A DNA stretch of 64,000 nucleotides from a virus (IMGVR_UViG_3300042914_002848); one strand, 5' to 3'. Positions 21,630 through 32,772 are shown, numbered from the stretch's first letter. Made by a program: numbers and translations. The notes: generated by a model not told the origin, from the letters alone.

Positions 21630-22523
21630 TTAATTCTGCCCATACTGATTTAAGTAATTAAGAACCGCTAATTCTTTCATTTTAGCTTCTACTTCAATAT
21701 CCAAATCGTAACCATAAGTTTCAATTTTGTTTGAAATAAAATCTGAATGTGCTTGAGGGATTTTACCTGGTGCTGATTCTGAATAGTGAACTACGGGTTT
21801 GATTCCATCGGGCCAAGTTGTCATTGCTAACTCCAAAGCTTCCTGCTCTGATAAACCACCTGTACAAAATTTGTGGTGGTGGTAATCAAATACAATTGGG
21901 ATACCAGTTCTTTGGTGGATATACATCAGGTCTTTTACTGAATACATACTTGCCTTATCATCGTTTTCTACCGTCAGCCTGGTTTTAACCGATTCAGGCA
22001 ACCTTTCAAAGTTCCGACAGAATCTATCCATCGCTGATTCTTTATCCCCATAGACACCATTACAATGGATATTAATGACATTGTAGGGGGTTCTACTCAA
22101 CCCCATCAGGTCAAAGACCTCCCCATGCAACGATAAATCGGTTATGGTGTTGTTTACCACCTTTTCATTGGGTGAAACGAGTACATTAAAGGGGCCAGGA
22201 TGAGATGTAATCCTTTGTCCATAGTTGGATACCAATACCCCAGCACCCTTCAGGAGATTGGATATATGAGCAAAATGAGGCATATCTGATAGTGGGTACT
22301 CAGATGACCAGGGGAATAGATTGGAGGTGATTCTAAAGAGTTTTATACCCATATTTTCATTCCATTTGATAATCTCTATCAGGTCACGAGTGTTTTGCAA
22401 CCCAAGCTCCGAAGCCCTGCTAATACCTTCCTTTAAAAAGGTTTTTCTAATCATACCCCTATTGGTGGTAATCTTTTTCTTGCCCAAAGTCATATTGATG
22501 CAAGCGTATCCTAAGTTTGACAT
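21630..22523 (-). CDS. uvsE: UV-damage endonuclease
   Basis: LGYACIN, HPGPF, VENDD, VFDYHHH, HYSES, AHSD, EAKMKE; start re-assigned to MSNLGY at 22523 because the upstream extension overlaps a terminator/promoter. Confidence 0.93.
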   Translation of the reverse strand: MSNLGYACINMTLGKKKITTNRGMIRKTFLKEGISRASELGLQNTRDLIEIIKWNENMGIKLFRITSNLFPWSSEYPLSDMPHFAHISNLLKGAGVLVSNYGQRITSHPGPFNVLVSPNEKVVNNTITDLSLHGEVFDLMGLSRTPYNVINIHCNGVYGDKESAMDRFCRNFERLPESVKTRLTVENDDKASMYSVKDLMYIHQRTGIPIVFDYHHHKFCTGGLSEQEALELAMTTWPDGIKPVVHYSESAPGKIPQAHSDFISNKIETYGYDLDIEVEAKMKELAVLNYLNQYGQN

Positions 22524-22553
22524 AGTTTTTGGTTTAGATACTACAAATATAAT

Positions 22554-22581
22554 AAAAAAGGGGGATTTTTCCAAACCCCCC
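22554..22581 (-). terminator. Intrinsic terminator overlapping a TAnnTTTG promoter
   Basis: GGGGGTTT-GGAA-AAATCCCCC-TTTTTT then TATATTTG on the minus strand. Confidence 0.7.
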
Positions 22582-22604
22582 ATATTAAATTTTCGTTAAT
22601 TTTT

Positions 22605-23606
22605 TTAAATTGAATGTGGTGAATAACTGAAAATAATATTTTGAACAGATTGACACTTCACTCTGATGATAGATTCTATCTCCGATTTAAATGAATCTGA
22701 ATTTTCAAAATACATTGGTTTACCATAGTAAATAAAACAAAGTGTACCTGCCTCTTCCAATACATCAATTTTGTTGAACACCATATCGGTTACACCATTT
22801 AAATTTATTGCTTTGATAAGTAAGTCCATATCCAACCAATTAACTTGTCTACTCCTACCAGTGGTAGCACCATATTCATTACCCAACAATCGAATCTTAC
22901 TAAAGATTTCATTATCCCCCTCAAATTGCTTTGCTCCTACATAGGTACGATATCCTTTTGCTACCCCATACACCTTTCGTATCTTTTGTGGTGGAACACC
23001 ATTCATAATAGCAGAACCAACTGTACAATGTGATGATGTTACATAAGGGTAATCACCCCAATCAATATCTAACTCAAATCCTTGAGCACCTTCAAATAAG
23101 ATTTTTACAGATGTACTACCATAAAACTCTTCGTAGATATCAATAATGTTTTTTAATTTGAATGTATCACCCACTCTAATACCTGTTCGGGCATACTTAT
23201 CCCGATACGCAGGCCCATTGCCTGTTTTGGTAGTTCCTATTTTTGTATCTTTGGAATCTTCCATCAAATGTTCGGACCTTATCATATGAACCCTCTTATC
23301 TATGAAAAGATAATCAGATACATTAATACCCTTATCCTCTAATTCTTTCCATTCCTTATAAAGGTCTGAAATGTTTACTACACATCCAGGCCCGATGATA
23401 GATTTAATACCATAGAATACACCAACGGGAATATAGTGGGTTACAAATTTTTCTCCATTGTGATAAACGGTATGGCCGGCATTTCCCCCTCCATTATAAC
23501 GAACCACATGAGTGTATTCTTTATCTTTGGATAGGAAATGCGCAACCTTACCTTTACCAGTATCACCGGCTTGTAAATCTACAATAATATCAGCGTACTG
23601 AATCAT
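22605..23606 (-). CDS. purA: Adenylosuccinate synthetase, short form
   Basis: GDTGKGK, GGGNAGHT, IGTT, EGAQG..D...YPYVTSS, GATTGRSR, NKID. Confidence 0.9.
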   Translation of the reverse strand: MIQYADIIVDLQAGDTGKGKVAHFLSKDKEYTHVVRYNGGGNAGHTVYHNGEKFVTHYIPVGVFYGIKSIIGPGCVVNISDLYKEWKELEDKGINVSDYLFIDKRVHMIRSEHLMEDSKDTKIGTTKTGNGPAYRDKYARTGIRVGDTFKLKNIIDIYEEFYGSTSVKILFEGAQGFELDIDWGDYPYVTSSHCTVGSAIMNGVPPQKIRKVYGVAKGYRTYVGAKQFEGDNEIFSKIRLLGNEYGATTGRSRQVNWLDMDLLIKAINLNGVTDMVFNKIDVLEEAGTLCFIYYGKPMYFENSDSFKSEIESIIRVKCQSVQNIIFSYSPHSI

Positions 23607-23654
23607 ACATAACTTTTTAAAAGATTATAACCCAAAGGCGCGGGTTTTATTTGA

Positions 23655-24071
23655 TTACTTAATTTTTAGTGATTTTGGTTTTGATTCTTCAGCAAATGGA
23701 ATACTGATTTTGAGTAAACCATCTTTCATAGATGCTTCTGCTGAATTCAAATCATATTTACGGGCAATCTTATATCCTAAATTAAAAGAGCGCTTTGCGA
23801 TTCCTTTGTGAATATAGTTTACACCTTCTTTGGTTTCATCTTTTTTGGTATAAGAAACCCTCAACAAATCGCCTTCAATATTGATATCAATATCTTCTTT
23901 GGTTAAACCGGTGCCAGCGATTTCAAAACATAACCCTTCTTTAGTTTCGTAGATATCTACGGGATGACCGATTTTTACATCCATCGCTGGTGCGAAAAAT
24001 GAATCGGTTGTGAAAAAGTTTTTCACCAAAATATCAAATGGTGAAGCAGGTAATTCTCTAATGTGTGTCAT
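23655..24071 (-). CDS. Small heat shock protein Hsp20
   Basis: HPVDIYE, YIHKGIAKRSF, ASMKDGLLKISIP. Confidence 0.93.
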   Translation of the reverse strand: MTHIRELPASPFDILVKNFFTTDSFFAPAMDVKIGHPVDIYETKEGLCFEIAGTGLTKEDIDINIEGDLLRVSYTKKDETKEGVNYIHKGIAKRSFNLGYKIARKYDLNSAEASMKDGLLKISIPFAEESKPKSLKIK

Positions 24072-24187
24072 AATAGTCCTTAAATCTATTTTAATTGTTA
24101 AACATAATTTTAATTTTGACCCCTTACGGTAGTCGGTTGCGCCCTTAGGTTATACTCTTTTAATATATATCAAAAATCATACCAAAG

Positions 24188-27100
24188 TTATTTGTGTCTT
24201 GAATTATGTAATTGGAACAAATAAGCCTTTGCTTCGGATTGAGTTGGTGTGGATGTTAAATAAACTTCTCTCCCATTTGATGAATTAACTAAATAGCATC
24301 TGAACTCATCTTCCATAAACAATTTATTGAAAAAAATTTTTGTATCTTTTTTATACCGAATCTGACCAAATATTCCATTATCAAAATCAAACTCATCAAG
24401 TATCATAAATTAATTTAATGATGTTGGTGGTACTTGTCCTATTACAATAAATCTATGCGTATCCCCATTTGGGGAACGAACTACATCAGATTTTTTAAGT
24501 ATAAATCCATCACAAATCAATTTAAGTAGTACGGGTGTAATATCTTCGTTTTGTAGACATTGAATTTTTATGAACTTTTTATTTTTATCTTCAGTATCAT
24601 AATCGGAAAATAAACTTTCCAATCTGTCCGCATCTAAACTATCCTCATCAGAAAATTCTATAATATCTTCTTCATCGCCCAGCTTTTCAAAAAAGCCTGA
24701 ATACATATCGGAAAAATATATCAACTTATCTCTTGGTGAGAGAGATTTATAGAAATCATACTCCTGCTCATTCCAGAAAACTTCCATATCCATAGTAATA
24801 AATAGTTAATCTTTTTTATATTGTTCGTTTAACCAAACTAAAATTTCTTTGGATAATGCGTAACCACTTTCAGCAATATACTCATCAATTATCCACACAA
24901 CCTCTTCCAATATTTCGTTTTTATTATAATATGTTTTATTCAAAATAAGTTGCAGTCTTTCCCGCATTTTAGTTTTATAAACATCATCTACCTCTACATC
25001 GGTAGAAAAGAAAACTGTTTTAAGATTATTTTTTACTAAAGTATAATATGGTTCTTTTTTCTTTTTTATTATATCAGCACAATTGGAAATATAATTATCA
25101 AAAGTTTCTTTGTTTAAAAGAATTGATTCTCTATCTGTTGCGTTATGTATATGCGTTATTGGCCCAGTAGTCGGTGCGTTTGAGCTAATAGCAAATGAAT
25201 GTGATGTGTGTGGGTCTGGCTTAAATCCATATCCACCAAACAAAGCATCTTTTAATTTTTCAAATTCAGTAGTGCTTTGATTGTTTGAACCCATTGTGTT
25301 TTATTAGTTAAATATATTTAACCTATACTTTTTTTCTACTGTTAGTAAAGCATCATTAAGAGTATCAATAATTCGTTCTGCTTCCGCTTTTGTAATTACC
25401 ATTTCATTATTCCCTATCTTTAAACTACCAATTTCGGTAAATGGTTTTACGGGATAATCGGATGGCTTTAGTTCGGGATTAATTTGTAAATCAATATCAG
25501 TATAGTTTTTTCCAGCGTATTTCTGAAACTTAGCTTCCTGTTTTTGAGTTATTCCAAACGAATTATTTACATAACTCTTAATCGGTGCGTTTTTATATTT
25601 ACTATTCATAACTTTTTTGTTTAATTGTTATACAATAATAAATATAGAAAAAGAATTAATTATTATCTATTTTTGACTTTTTGTTTTTCCTAAAATTACG
25701 GGATGATACCCTATTGAATTTTCTTTCATCAAAATCCATTATACTTTTATCGGGATGTGTGCGATTAATATTCTGAATCGTTTTCAAACATTCATTAGCC
25801 CAATACCAAGCATCCATAATAGTTGGTTGAGAGGGTAAATAAACCTCATCACCAATATACCCACCATATCCATTAGATACTTTGTATCTGCCCTCTGGAG
25901 TCATAGTGGTTTTAGCATCAGGAAACTTTTTAAGTACACGCCGTTTAATCCTATCAAACTGCGGATTCACCGATACTACCTTCGGCTGCGTCATTTTCTT
26001 TTTCATTGAATAATTGGGTTAATCGTTTATTGATTAAAAAGCCATTAGCTATTTCTTTATTAAGTGAACAATTTTCTATCAATCTACCATCTTCTAATTT
26101 TACATCGTAAGCATTGCTGTTTCTGATTTTTGTTTTTGAAACAACCTTACCCACCATAAAATTAGTATATACACTAACTACTACTCTGTCTCCTATGCTA
26201 TAAACCATACTTAATTTCCAATCACATTTAGAATTTTTGTTTGTGTAACGGAACTAACTTCAAACTCCAATGGAGAATTTTGTAGAAACGCGGTGATATG
26301 TGCTTCTGCATCTGTAACCGATACTGCTTTTATCAAATACTGTTCCGTGTTCTTTTTGATTTTACCATTACCATTATCGGTCTCAACTTTTACTTTTACT
26401 AAATAGTACATCATAATTTTTTTACTTTAATTTATTTTTAACGATTTCACAAGTTTTATGAAAATTTTCTTTACCCCATTTACCTAATTGTTCGTGATGA
26501 GAATGGGATATTACCTCACCACTAACAGCAGCAGTTCCATAAGCAAACCTCTTCAGTTTATAACCTGATAGTGGGGTTGAAAACCTTTTTAGGTATTCTG
26601 CTTTACTATCTAAATATTCAAAGAATTCATCTCTGGATAAAGATTCCAATTCTTCGTTACTCAATGGTTTGTTCGGGTCATACATCATATCAAATATACA
26701 AAAGAAATTTTAAATATCAAAATATTGGTGATACATTTTTTTGAGAATAACTATCTTTCTCACAAATTTCAAATCTATAATTACCATTACCATTATCCCA
26801 CATTGTAATAATGAATGTATCCGCCGTTCCAATTGCTTGACAGACTCCTCTGAAAGCAGGTGCTTCTTTAATAACAATACCGCCATGCCTGTTAAGCGCT
26901 TTAATCCTACCCAATGCTCTGATAGGTCCCACAAAATCGGATTGCTTATATCTAGTATAATGATTTTTTTTATACTCTTTTAATGCGTTTAAGGTTTTCA
27001 TCTTGGGTTTCATCTTCATTATTTATTAATTGATTTTTGATAGTAATAATTATATAACTCATCTAAATCCATTGGGGATTCATTCATCATTTCATCCCAC

Positions 27101-27438
27101 ACATCAATACCAAACTTTTTTTGTAGTTCACTCCGAAGCGAATTCAATATACGAATCTCATCTAACTCACCTTCAAATTCAAGCTTCAAAGCACGAACCC
27201 TATCCATCCTACTCGCATCCCGTGCAGATTCACACCTATCAAAGTCTGAACTGCCACCATACTTTTTATAGGCAAGTTCATATGCACGATTTGCTTTTTT
27301 CCTAGCCTCAAAAGCCTGTTTGAAAAAATCGGATAAATCAAAATCACCATTTACAATCTTATCATAAAGATGCGCATTAAAAGAAAGGGGCTCTTTACGA
27401 GCCCCATTTCTCCACCATTTGAACTTATTATACCCCAT
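24188..27438 (-). other. Cluster of about 10 small hypothetical ORFs (24188-24406, 24410-24793, 24806-25294, 25304-25609, 25656-26006, 25954-26208, 26211-26414, 26422-26688, 26717-27019, 27019-27438)
   Basis: Tightly packed co-oriented ORFs; 26211-26414 (EQYLIKAVSVTDAEA) resembles the Bacteroidota DUF4494 family. Confidence 0.6.
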
Positions 27439-27443
27439 ATAAA

Positions 27444-28730
27444 TTAAAACGGATTATTAACAGCAGTATCTTCGGTATTGAAGAGGTTTTCTTCACCAGT
27501 TTTTACAAACTTTTGAACGAACTGCTTCATAAACACACGCTCCGATTGAGCCCCACCACTACTATCAAAGAAGGGATAGATAGCAATCTCAGCGGCCTCA
27601 GTCAAACTAAATCCATCGTAGAGTAGCGAACCAATTTCCACCGCAGTACGAGTAGATAGCGAGTTAGTCAGTTTGGGTGATTCACTACGAATCTCATCAC
27701 GAGTCATCGCCGTAATTTCAGCCACATTGCCCAACAGTTCCGAAGATACTGAAGGATACATCATCCCAAGCAAAGTTGATTCTTCATCCTTAGTCAACGA
27801 ATCCATTTCAATAATCGTAAATCGGTCTAAGATAGCACGGTCAAGCATTCGGGTGGCGGTATATTCATTACCAATGTTAGCGGAAGCGATGAACGAAACA
27901 CCATCGGCCACATTGATAGTGGGAGCATCAGCGGCTTCATCCAAACGAAGGTAGCGTTGGCCAGGGTCAAGAACCGTCATCAAAATGTTCCACGCTTCAG
28001 GATGCGCCCTCGTAATCTCGTCCAACACAACCACAGTGTTTGGTGTTTGGATTGCCTTTACAAAAGGTGATTGATTAAACACAGTACCTTTGGCCGTGTC
28101 ATATTGAGTATTACCAATCAAAGTAGTTCGCGGGTCCTGCGTAGCACCCAAGTTGATGATGAAAGTAGAATACCCATCAATTGAAGAAGCCGCAGCTTTA
28201 GCAGCCATCGTCTTACCACATCCAGCCGCACCGGTCATCATAATGTTCTTACCACGAAGAATATTACGAATTAAATATTTCCATTTAAGTTCTGGCATAA
28301 ACAACATCTTCGGCTTCAACTCCGCAGCTTCGCAGTGAATAAAGTTCAAAACATTTTCAGGCATAACCACCGGAGCGGTGGTTTGAGCTGGGGTTGATAC
28401 CACAGTCACAGTAGGTTTGTGAACCGAATCCACAGCGTACTGCCCCAACCCACCATTTGGTTTATTGAAGTTCATAACAGGAGTGGTATCGGTTGCTTTA
28501 GAAGCGGGAACACGGCCAAAACAAAGTTCACCAGATGTGAACGAACCCTTTACCCTAATTTTGAATCGGAATTTATCAGGTCGCTTAGAAGCCTGAAGAG
28601 CCCTGCTGTAGAGGGAAGTCCCTTTCTCATTAAGAGCTGGGATGTTGAACATTGCTCCATTTGAATCTTGGAACATTAGTACGCCGTTACTTTGAACGAT
28701 AGTACCGAAAACGAATCTTTGGTTTTTCAT
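27444..28730 (-). CDS. MoxR/CobS/CbbQ-like AAA+ ATPase
   Basis: GAAGCGKT, VVLDEITRA, ASANIG, LDRAILDRF, LSTR. Confidence 0.9.
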   Translation of the reverse strand: MKNQRFVFGTIVQSNGVLMFQDSNGAMFNIPALNEKGTSLYSRALQASKRPDKFRFKIRVKGSFTSGELCFGRVPASKATDTTPVMNFNKPNGGLGQYAVDSVHKPTVTVVSTPAQTTAPVVMPENVLNFIHCEAAELKPKMLFMPELKWKYLIRNILRGKNIMMTGAAGCGKTMAAKAAASSIDGYSTFIINLGATQDPRTTLIGNTQYDTAKGTVFNQSPFVKAIQTPNTVVVLDEITRAHPEAWNILMTVLDPGQRYLRLDEAADAPTINVADGVSFIASANIGNEYTATRMLDRAILDRFTIIEMDSLTKDEESTLLGMMYPSVSSELLGNVAEITAMTRDEIRSESPKLTNSLSTRTAVEIGSLLYDGFSLTEAAEIAIYPFFDSSGGAQSERVFMKQFVQKFVKTGEENLFNTEDTAVNNPF

Positions 28731-28852
28731 ATATAGGGGTTTAACTTACAATATAAAGATACTACAAAAGTAGCAATTATCCAAACTTTTTATGTTAAAT
28801 TTGCGTTAAATTTATCCACAGCGTATCCACATTTGAGGGAAAAGTGTCCATT

Positions 28853-31027
28853 TTATTGGACACCCACCTCAAACTTACCATTTAATGTCTTAGCCAGGTC
28901 CATAACCTCTTTTACATTAATGAACCTCGCGTCCTTACCATACATCCGATTAAAATCATCGGCGTAGGAGGTATTATGCATTCGTTGCGAACTATATTCA
29001 CTAATAAAGTAAGATAGAACACTAACACCACCCATCCTCATTTTATTGACCTGGTCAGCGGTGTGTTTAATAGCAGAGTCGCCCTCATAACTCATTTCCT
29101 TATTTTCAAAGGTAGGCATACCATCCGAAAAGTTAATTAGGTATTTATCGGAATTATCTTTGGAATTCAAAATTTCTCCCATAATCGCCTCATAACACAA
29201 TCCTTCAGGTGTTGTACCATTTGGAATTAAATGTTTGAACATACTTTTAATCTTTGAGAAATTATCAACCCTACTATCATAAGCAATTACAATCATCGGA
29301 ACTGATGTGCCATTATCATATGTGCTTCGGTAACTAATAACCACATTGATATTTGATATCATTGAAGCGGCCTTAGCGATAGCAACCACAGCAGTTTGTG
29401 TGTTATCCCATTTCTTTCCACCCATTGAACCACTAGCATCAACTGAAATGTGAAGAGTAACCGGCTTTACCGAATTAGTTTGAATCTTTTCAAAGATATT
29501 GAAATTACCAAACCCAACCTCGTGTAACATTCGGGATGATATTTTACCCGATTTAAGACGGGGTGTAACCAAACTACGATTCTCATCACGCGTTTTCAGC
29601 TTCTTACCCAATAAAACACCTAATGCGATACCATTATCAATGTGGGTTTGATTATAATCAGTTCTACCATTGTAGTTTGTAGTAATACCAAATGCCTGAG
29701 ATTCAATCAGCGATTTAGTCAGCTTCCTAACTAAATAACACGATGTTTTCTGAACACCACGCCATTGAATTTCAGCGGATACATTCTTCAAATCTACATC
29801 AGATTCTTCTAAAGCGTTTACTACAGAGGATTCATTTTTACCAATCTTCCTTTTAGCAATATCACCATTCAAAAAATCTTTCTGCTTTTTTATAGCGTTA
29901 TTAAGTCTGTTTCTAAGAGAAGGTGAAAGTTTATCTCCAGAACCACCAGAACTATTGTTAGAAGAATCACCATCAGAAGAATCACCATCAGAAGAATCAC
30001 CATCAGAAGAATCACCATCAGAAGAATTACTCATATCCAAATTACCATCACCATTAGATTCCATAGAATCGTTACCTGTTTGGGGTGAATCAGTATCACC
30101 TGTCATTGGTGAATTACCGTTAGAATCACCTGAAGATGATTCATTACCATCACCATCAGATGAAGAAGATGATTCTTTACTTTGTGCGGGGTTATTAGTA
30201 TAAACTGCATCAAAGATAGTTAAGAAAATATTAGAAGCCAACTCCAAACTATCAGTAGTAGTTTTTAACCTACCAATGTTTTTTAAATCCATCAAAGCCC
30301 AAATCGTTGGAAAAGATTTTAGAGCACCCAACCTACGATTTTTGTTTGTAATGTTGATGAGTCGGAACATATAAGATTCCCAATCTTCGGTGGTATATTC
30401 ATCAGATACCAAAGCCTTATCAATAACACTATCATTAAAGTATTTATCATACATAGAGTGATAGTACCCACGATAACCAGGGGCTGTGTTATAAATGTAA
30501 TTATCAATTCGCCTATCCTCAACAATATTAAGGATATCTTTTAGATAAGTATATGCATCCTGCCTCAATGCACGAACAGCCAATATATCAGATTCAAATA
30601 CCGTCGGCATTTCAGCAATACGATTAGCAATAACGGGTGGTATCACTGTAGAGCTTGGTGCGAAATATTTTTGAAGAATACTAAATTCGGTAAGTTTAAT
30701 GTGCGAACCTTCGTGGAGAGCCAAACCTACCGTCGGGTCAAATTCAGCATCATCCAATTTTGAAGAAATTACCACAGTACTACCATCAGTATAAGATTGG
30801 TTGCCTGTAGAAAATTTGACAGGAATTTGTTTGTTTGTTACAATTCTAACAAAGTTAGAAATGGCCCGTTTATAAGAGGCCAACTTAATAAGGTCATTAG
30901 TTTTGACCTCATACGCATCAGTTTTAGTAGAACCACCAAAACCACCACGATATATGGTAGGGGTAAAGAGCGACTTATCCAACCAATAGTCGGAATAGTA
31001 GGACTTGCTTTTTTTGTATTTTTTCAT
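28853..31027 (-). CDS. CobT-like protein: N-terminal HExxH domain, acidic linker, C-terminal vWA
   Basis: LHEGSH, NIVEDRRID, MIDAS DASGS, FSDG. Confidence 0.85.
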   Translation of the reverse strand: MKKYKKSKSYYSDYWLDKSLFTPTIYRGGFGGSTKTDAYEVKTNDLIKLASYKRAISNFVRIVTNKQIPVKFSTGNQSYTDGSTVVISSKLDDAEFDPTVGLALHEGSHIKLTEFSILQKYFAPSSTVIPPVIANRIAEMPTVFESDILAVRALRQDAYTYLKDILNIVEDRRIDNYIYNTAPGYRGYYHSMYDKYFNDSVIDKALVSDEYTTEDWESYMFRLINITNKNRRLGALKSFPTIWALMDLKNIGRLKTTTDSLELASNIFLTIFDAVYTNNPAQSKESSSSSDGDGNESSSGDSNGNSPMTGDTDSPQTGNDSMESNGDGNLDMSNSSDGDSSDGDSSDGDSSDGDSSNNSSGGSGDKLSPSLRNRLNNAIKKQKDFLNGDIAKRKIGKNESSVVNALEESDVDLKNVSAEIQWRGVQKTSCYLVRKLTKSLIESQAFGITTNYNGRTDYNQTHIDNGIALGVLLGKKLKTRDENRSLVTPRLKSGKISSRMLHEVGFGNFNIFEKIQTNSVKPVTLHISVDASGSMGGKKWDNTQTAVVAIAKAASMISNINVVISYRSTYDNGTSVPMIVIAYDSRVDNFSKIKSMFKHLIPNGTTPEGLCYEAIMGEILNSKDNSDKYLINFSDGMPTFENKEMSYEGDSAIKHTADQVNKMRMGGVSVLSYFISEYSSQRMHNTSYADDFNRMYGKDARFINVKEVMDLAKTLNGKFEVGVQ
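29960..30026. repeat. 15-bp tandem repeat encoding (SSDGD)n linker
   Basis: agaagaatcaccatc repeated four times plus a partial copy. Confidence 0.9.
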
Positions 31028-31091
31028 ATAGGAGGAATTAACTTACAAAGTAAAGATAATACAGAAATAGGGAATATCCAAACTTTCAATA

Positions 31092-31259
31092 TTAAATTTG
31101 CGTTAAATCTTTTAACCAAGATTTGTTCTTTCTTGAATAAGATTTAGGTGACTTGACCACCTGTTCTGTCATTTTTTTACTGATATGGTGTGCAGCCTCT
31201 CCTGAACTCCAATTGCCGTTAAAATCAAGCAATTTCCTGTCTCTTTTGGTTTTACTCAT
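31092..31259 (-). CDS. 55-aa basic protein with ArfA-like C-terminal motif
   Basis: Manual translation MSKTKRDRKLLDFNGNWSSGEAAHHISKKMTEQVVKSPKSYSRKNKSWLKDLTQI; own promoter upstream; not in the ORF track. Confidence 0.55.
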   Translation of the reverse strand: MSKTKRDRKLLDFNGNWSSGEAAHHISKKMTEQVVKSPKSYSRKNKSWLKDLTQI

Positions 31260-31385
31260 ATCAATAACTATTTAATACCCAAAGATAAGTATAAAAGAGC
31301 AAAAATCCAAACTTTTGAGATTAAAATTCCATTAAAGTTATCCACATTCGTGTGGAAAAGTGTCCAATTTATTGGACAGTTGGTT

Positions 31386-31829
31386 TTAATTCGTAAATAG
31401 GGTATTATCCCTGTCAATCGGGTCAATTTTAAACCCATATTTTTTCTTAACCCGCTCTGAAATAGGAATCGGGTTTCCATCCTCATCAATTCTCACAAAG
31501 GTAATATAGGTAGATACAACGGTGGTTTGGTTGCCTGTATATACATTATGCGCTCTTGCTTCAATGTATAGTTTAACCGATGTATTTCCAATATGATTTA
31601 CACTACCATATACCTTTAATAGTTGCCCTTCTTTTGCGGGCTTCTTAAATAGACACTCATCTATTTTAATAGTTACTACACGGGGGGTATCACATACCTG
31701 CATTGCGTACGCAGCTGCGGAAGCATCAATCCACGCCAATGCTTTTCCTCCGAAAAGATTTCCGTGAAAACCTAAATCTGATTTTTTGACGGGATATGTA
31801 TTAATCAGTTCCATCAGTAATTTCTTCAA
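31386..31829 (-). CDS. Acyl-CoA thioesterase (hotdog fold, YciA-like)
   Basis: HGNLFGGKALAWID, FKKPAKEG, GNTS, TFVRID..G.P. Confidence 0.88.
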   Translation of the reverse strand: MKKLLMELINTYPVKKSDLGFHGNLFGGKALAWIDASAAAYAMQVCDTPRVVTIKIDECLFKKPAKEGQLLKVYGSVNHIGNTSVKLYIEARAHNVYTGNQTTVVSTYITFVRIDEDGNPIPISERVKKKYGFKIDPIDRDNTLFTN

Positions 31830-32018
31830 ATGGTATAGATACTATTTCTCTACAAAAAAATAACAAACCATCCTTTTTAAAGGTATGGCTACATTCCCAA
31901 TATTGTTTTATGAAATCTACATTTAGATTTGGTTCTTCTTTCATTGTACGATAGACTTGAAACATACCATCGTTTATATAAATAACCTGTCCTAAATAAC
32001 TCATAATTTATTTTGTTG

Positions 32019-32089
32019 AGCGGGTAGATGGAATCGAACCACCGTCATAGGCTTGGAAAGCGAATGTAATACCATTATACGATACCCGC
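32019..32089 (-). tRNA. tRNA-Gly(TCC) with two anticodon-stem mismatches
   Basis: GCGGGTA/TACCCGC acceptor, GGTTCGATTCC T arm, stem TTCGC/GCCTA. Confidence 0.75.
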
Positions 32090-32127
32090 AAGTATCCCCA
32101 CTAAGGGGGATGTAATCTGAAAAACTA

Positions 32128-32295
32128 TTATTGAGCAGCTGCTGTGCTATCTACAACAGGATACAACTCCTCAGTAGAATCTACAACAGCAGAATCAACT
32201 GGTTCGGCAACCAATTCAGTTTGTTCAGCGTTGTTGGTACAAGCCGTAAATGATACAGCCATAACTACCATTGCGATAAAAAAGATGTTTTTCAT
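32128..32295 (-). CDS. Small acidic lipoprotein (55 aa)
   Basis: MKNIFFIAMVVMAVSFTAC lipobox, then TNNAEQTELVAEPVDSAVVDSTEELYPVVDSTAAAQ; not in the ORF track. Confidence 0.7.
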   Translation of the reverse strand: MKNIFFIAMVVMAVSFTACTNNAEQTELVAEPVDSAVVDSTEELYPVVDSTAAAQ

Positions 32296-32371
32296 AATTA
32301 ATTTGTTTTAAATTTTACACAATATACAAAAGAAATTTCATATTTCCAAATTTTTTCTTAAATAAATACAA

Positions 32372-32755
32372 TTATTTTTTTGATAAAATATCATTAAGCA
32401 TGTTTATTTCAGTTTTAAACATTTCTTCTTCCATTTTCCCACGCTCTTTCTCAATTGCTTTTTGTACTAACCCAATCAATTCATTTGATAAGAATGAACT
32501 AATGGTAAACTCAAATGTATAGTAGTGGTTGGAAACTTTAACCATATTATTTTGCAATATCAAAGTGTATTGTTTATCATCTGTCTGAACATAGTATCTA
32601 CCCGATGGTGTCATCAAGTAGTGGGTTTTTGGATTTGACATCAATCGGATTAAAACCCTCTTTGTTAAAATCTCTCTTTCGGTATAGGGCTCGTGTCTAA
32701 CCAGCCCCTGCCTAAACCAAACCTGCAATTTTTTAAATTTGTATTTTATATTCAT
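32372..32755 (-). CDS. Hypothetical protein
   Basis: Co-oriented ORF between tRNAs. Confidence 0.55.
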   Translation of the reverse strand: MNIKYKFKKLQVWFRQGLVRHEPYTEREILTKRVLIRLMSNPKTHYLMTPSGRYYVQTDDKQYTLILQNNMVKVSNHYYTFEFTISSFLSNELIGLVQKAIEKERGKMEEEMFKTEINMLNDILSKK

Positions 32756-32772
32756 TATTTTTTATTTTTTTG

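Noticed and set aside
22605-23606. PurZ / Z-genome (2-aminoadenine) pathway
   Set aside because: Catalytic Asp retained (GDT, not GST), PurA-type GGGNAGH/TTGRxR/NKxD motifs; the nearby HD protein is YhaM-like and no MazZ was seen
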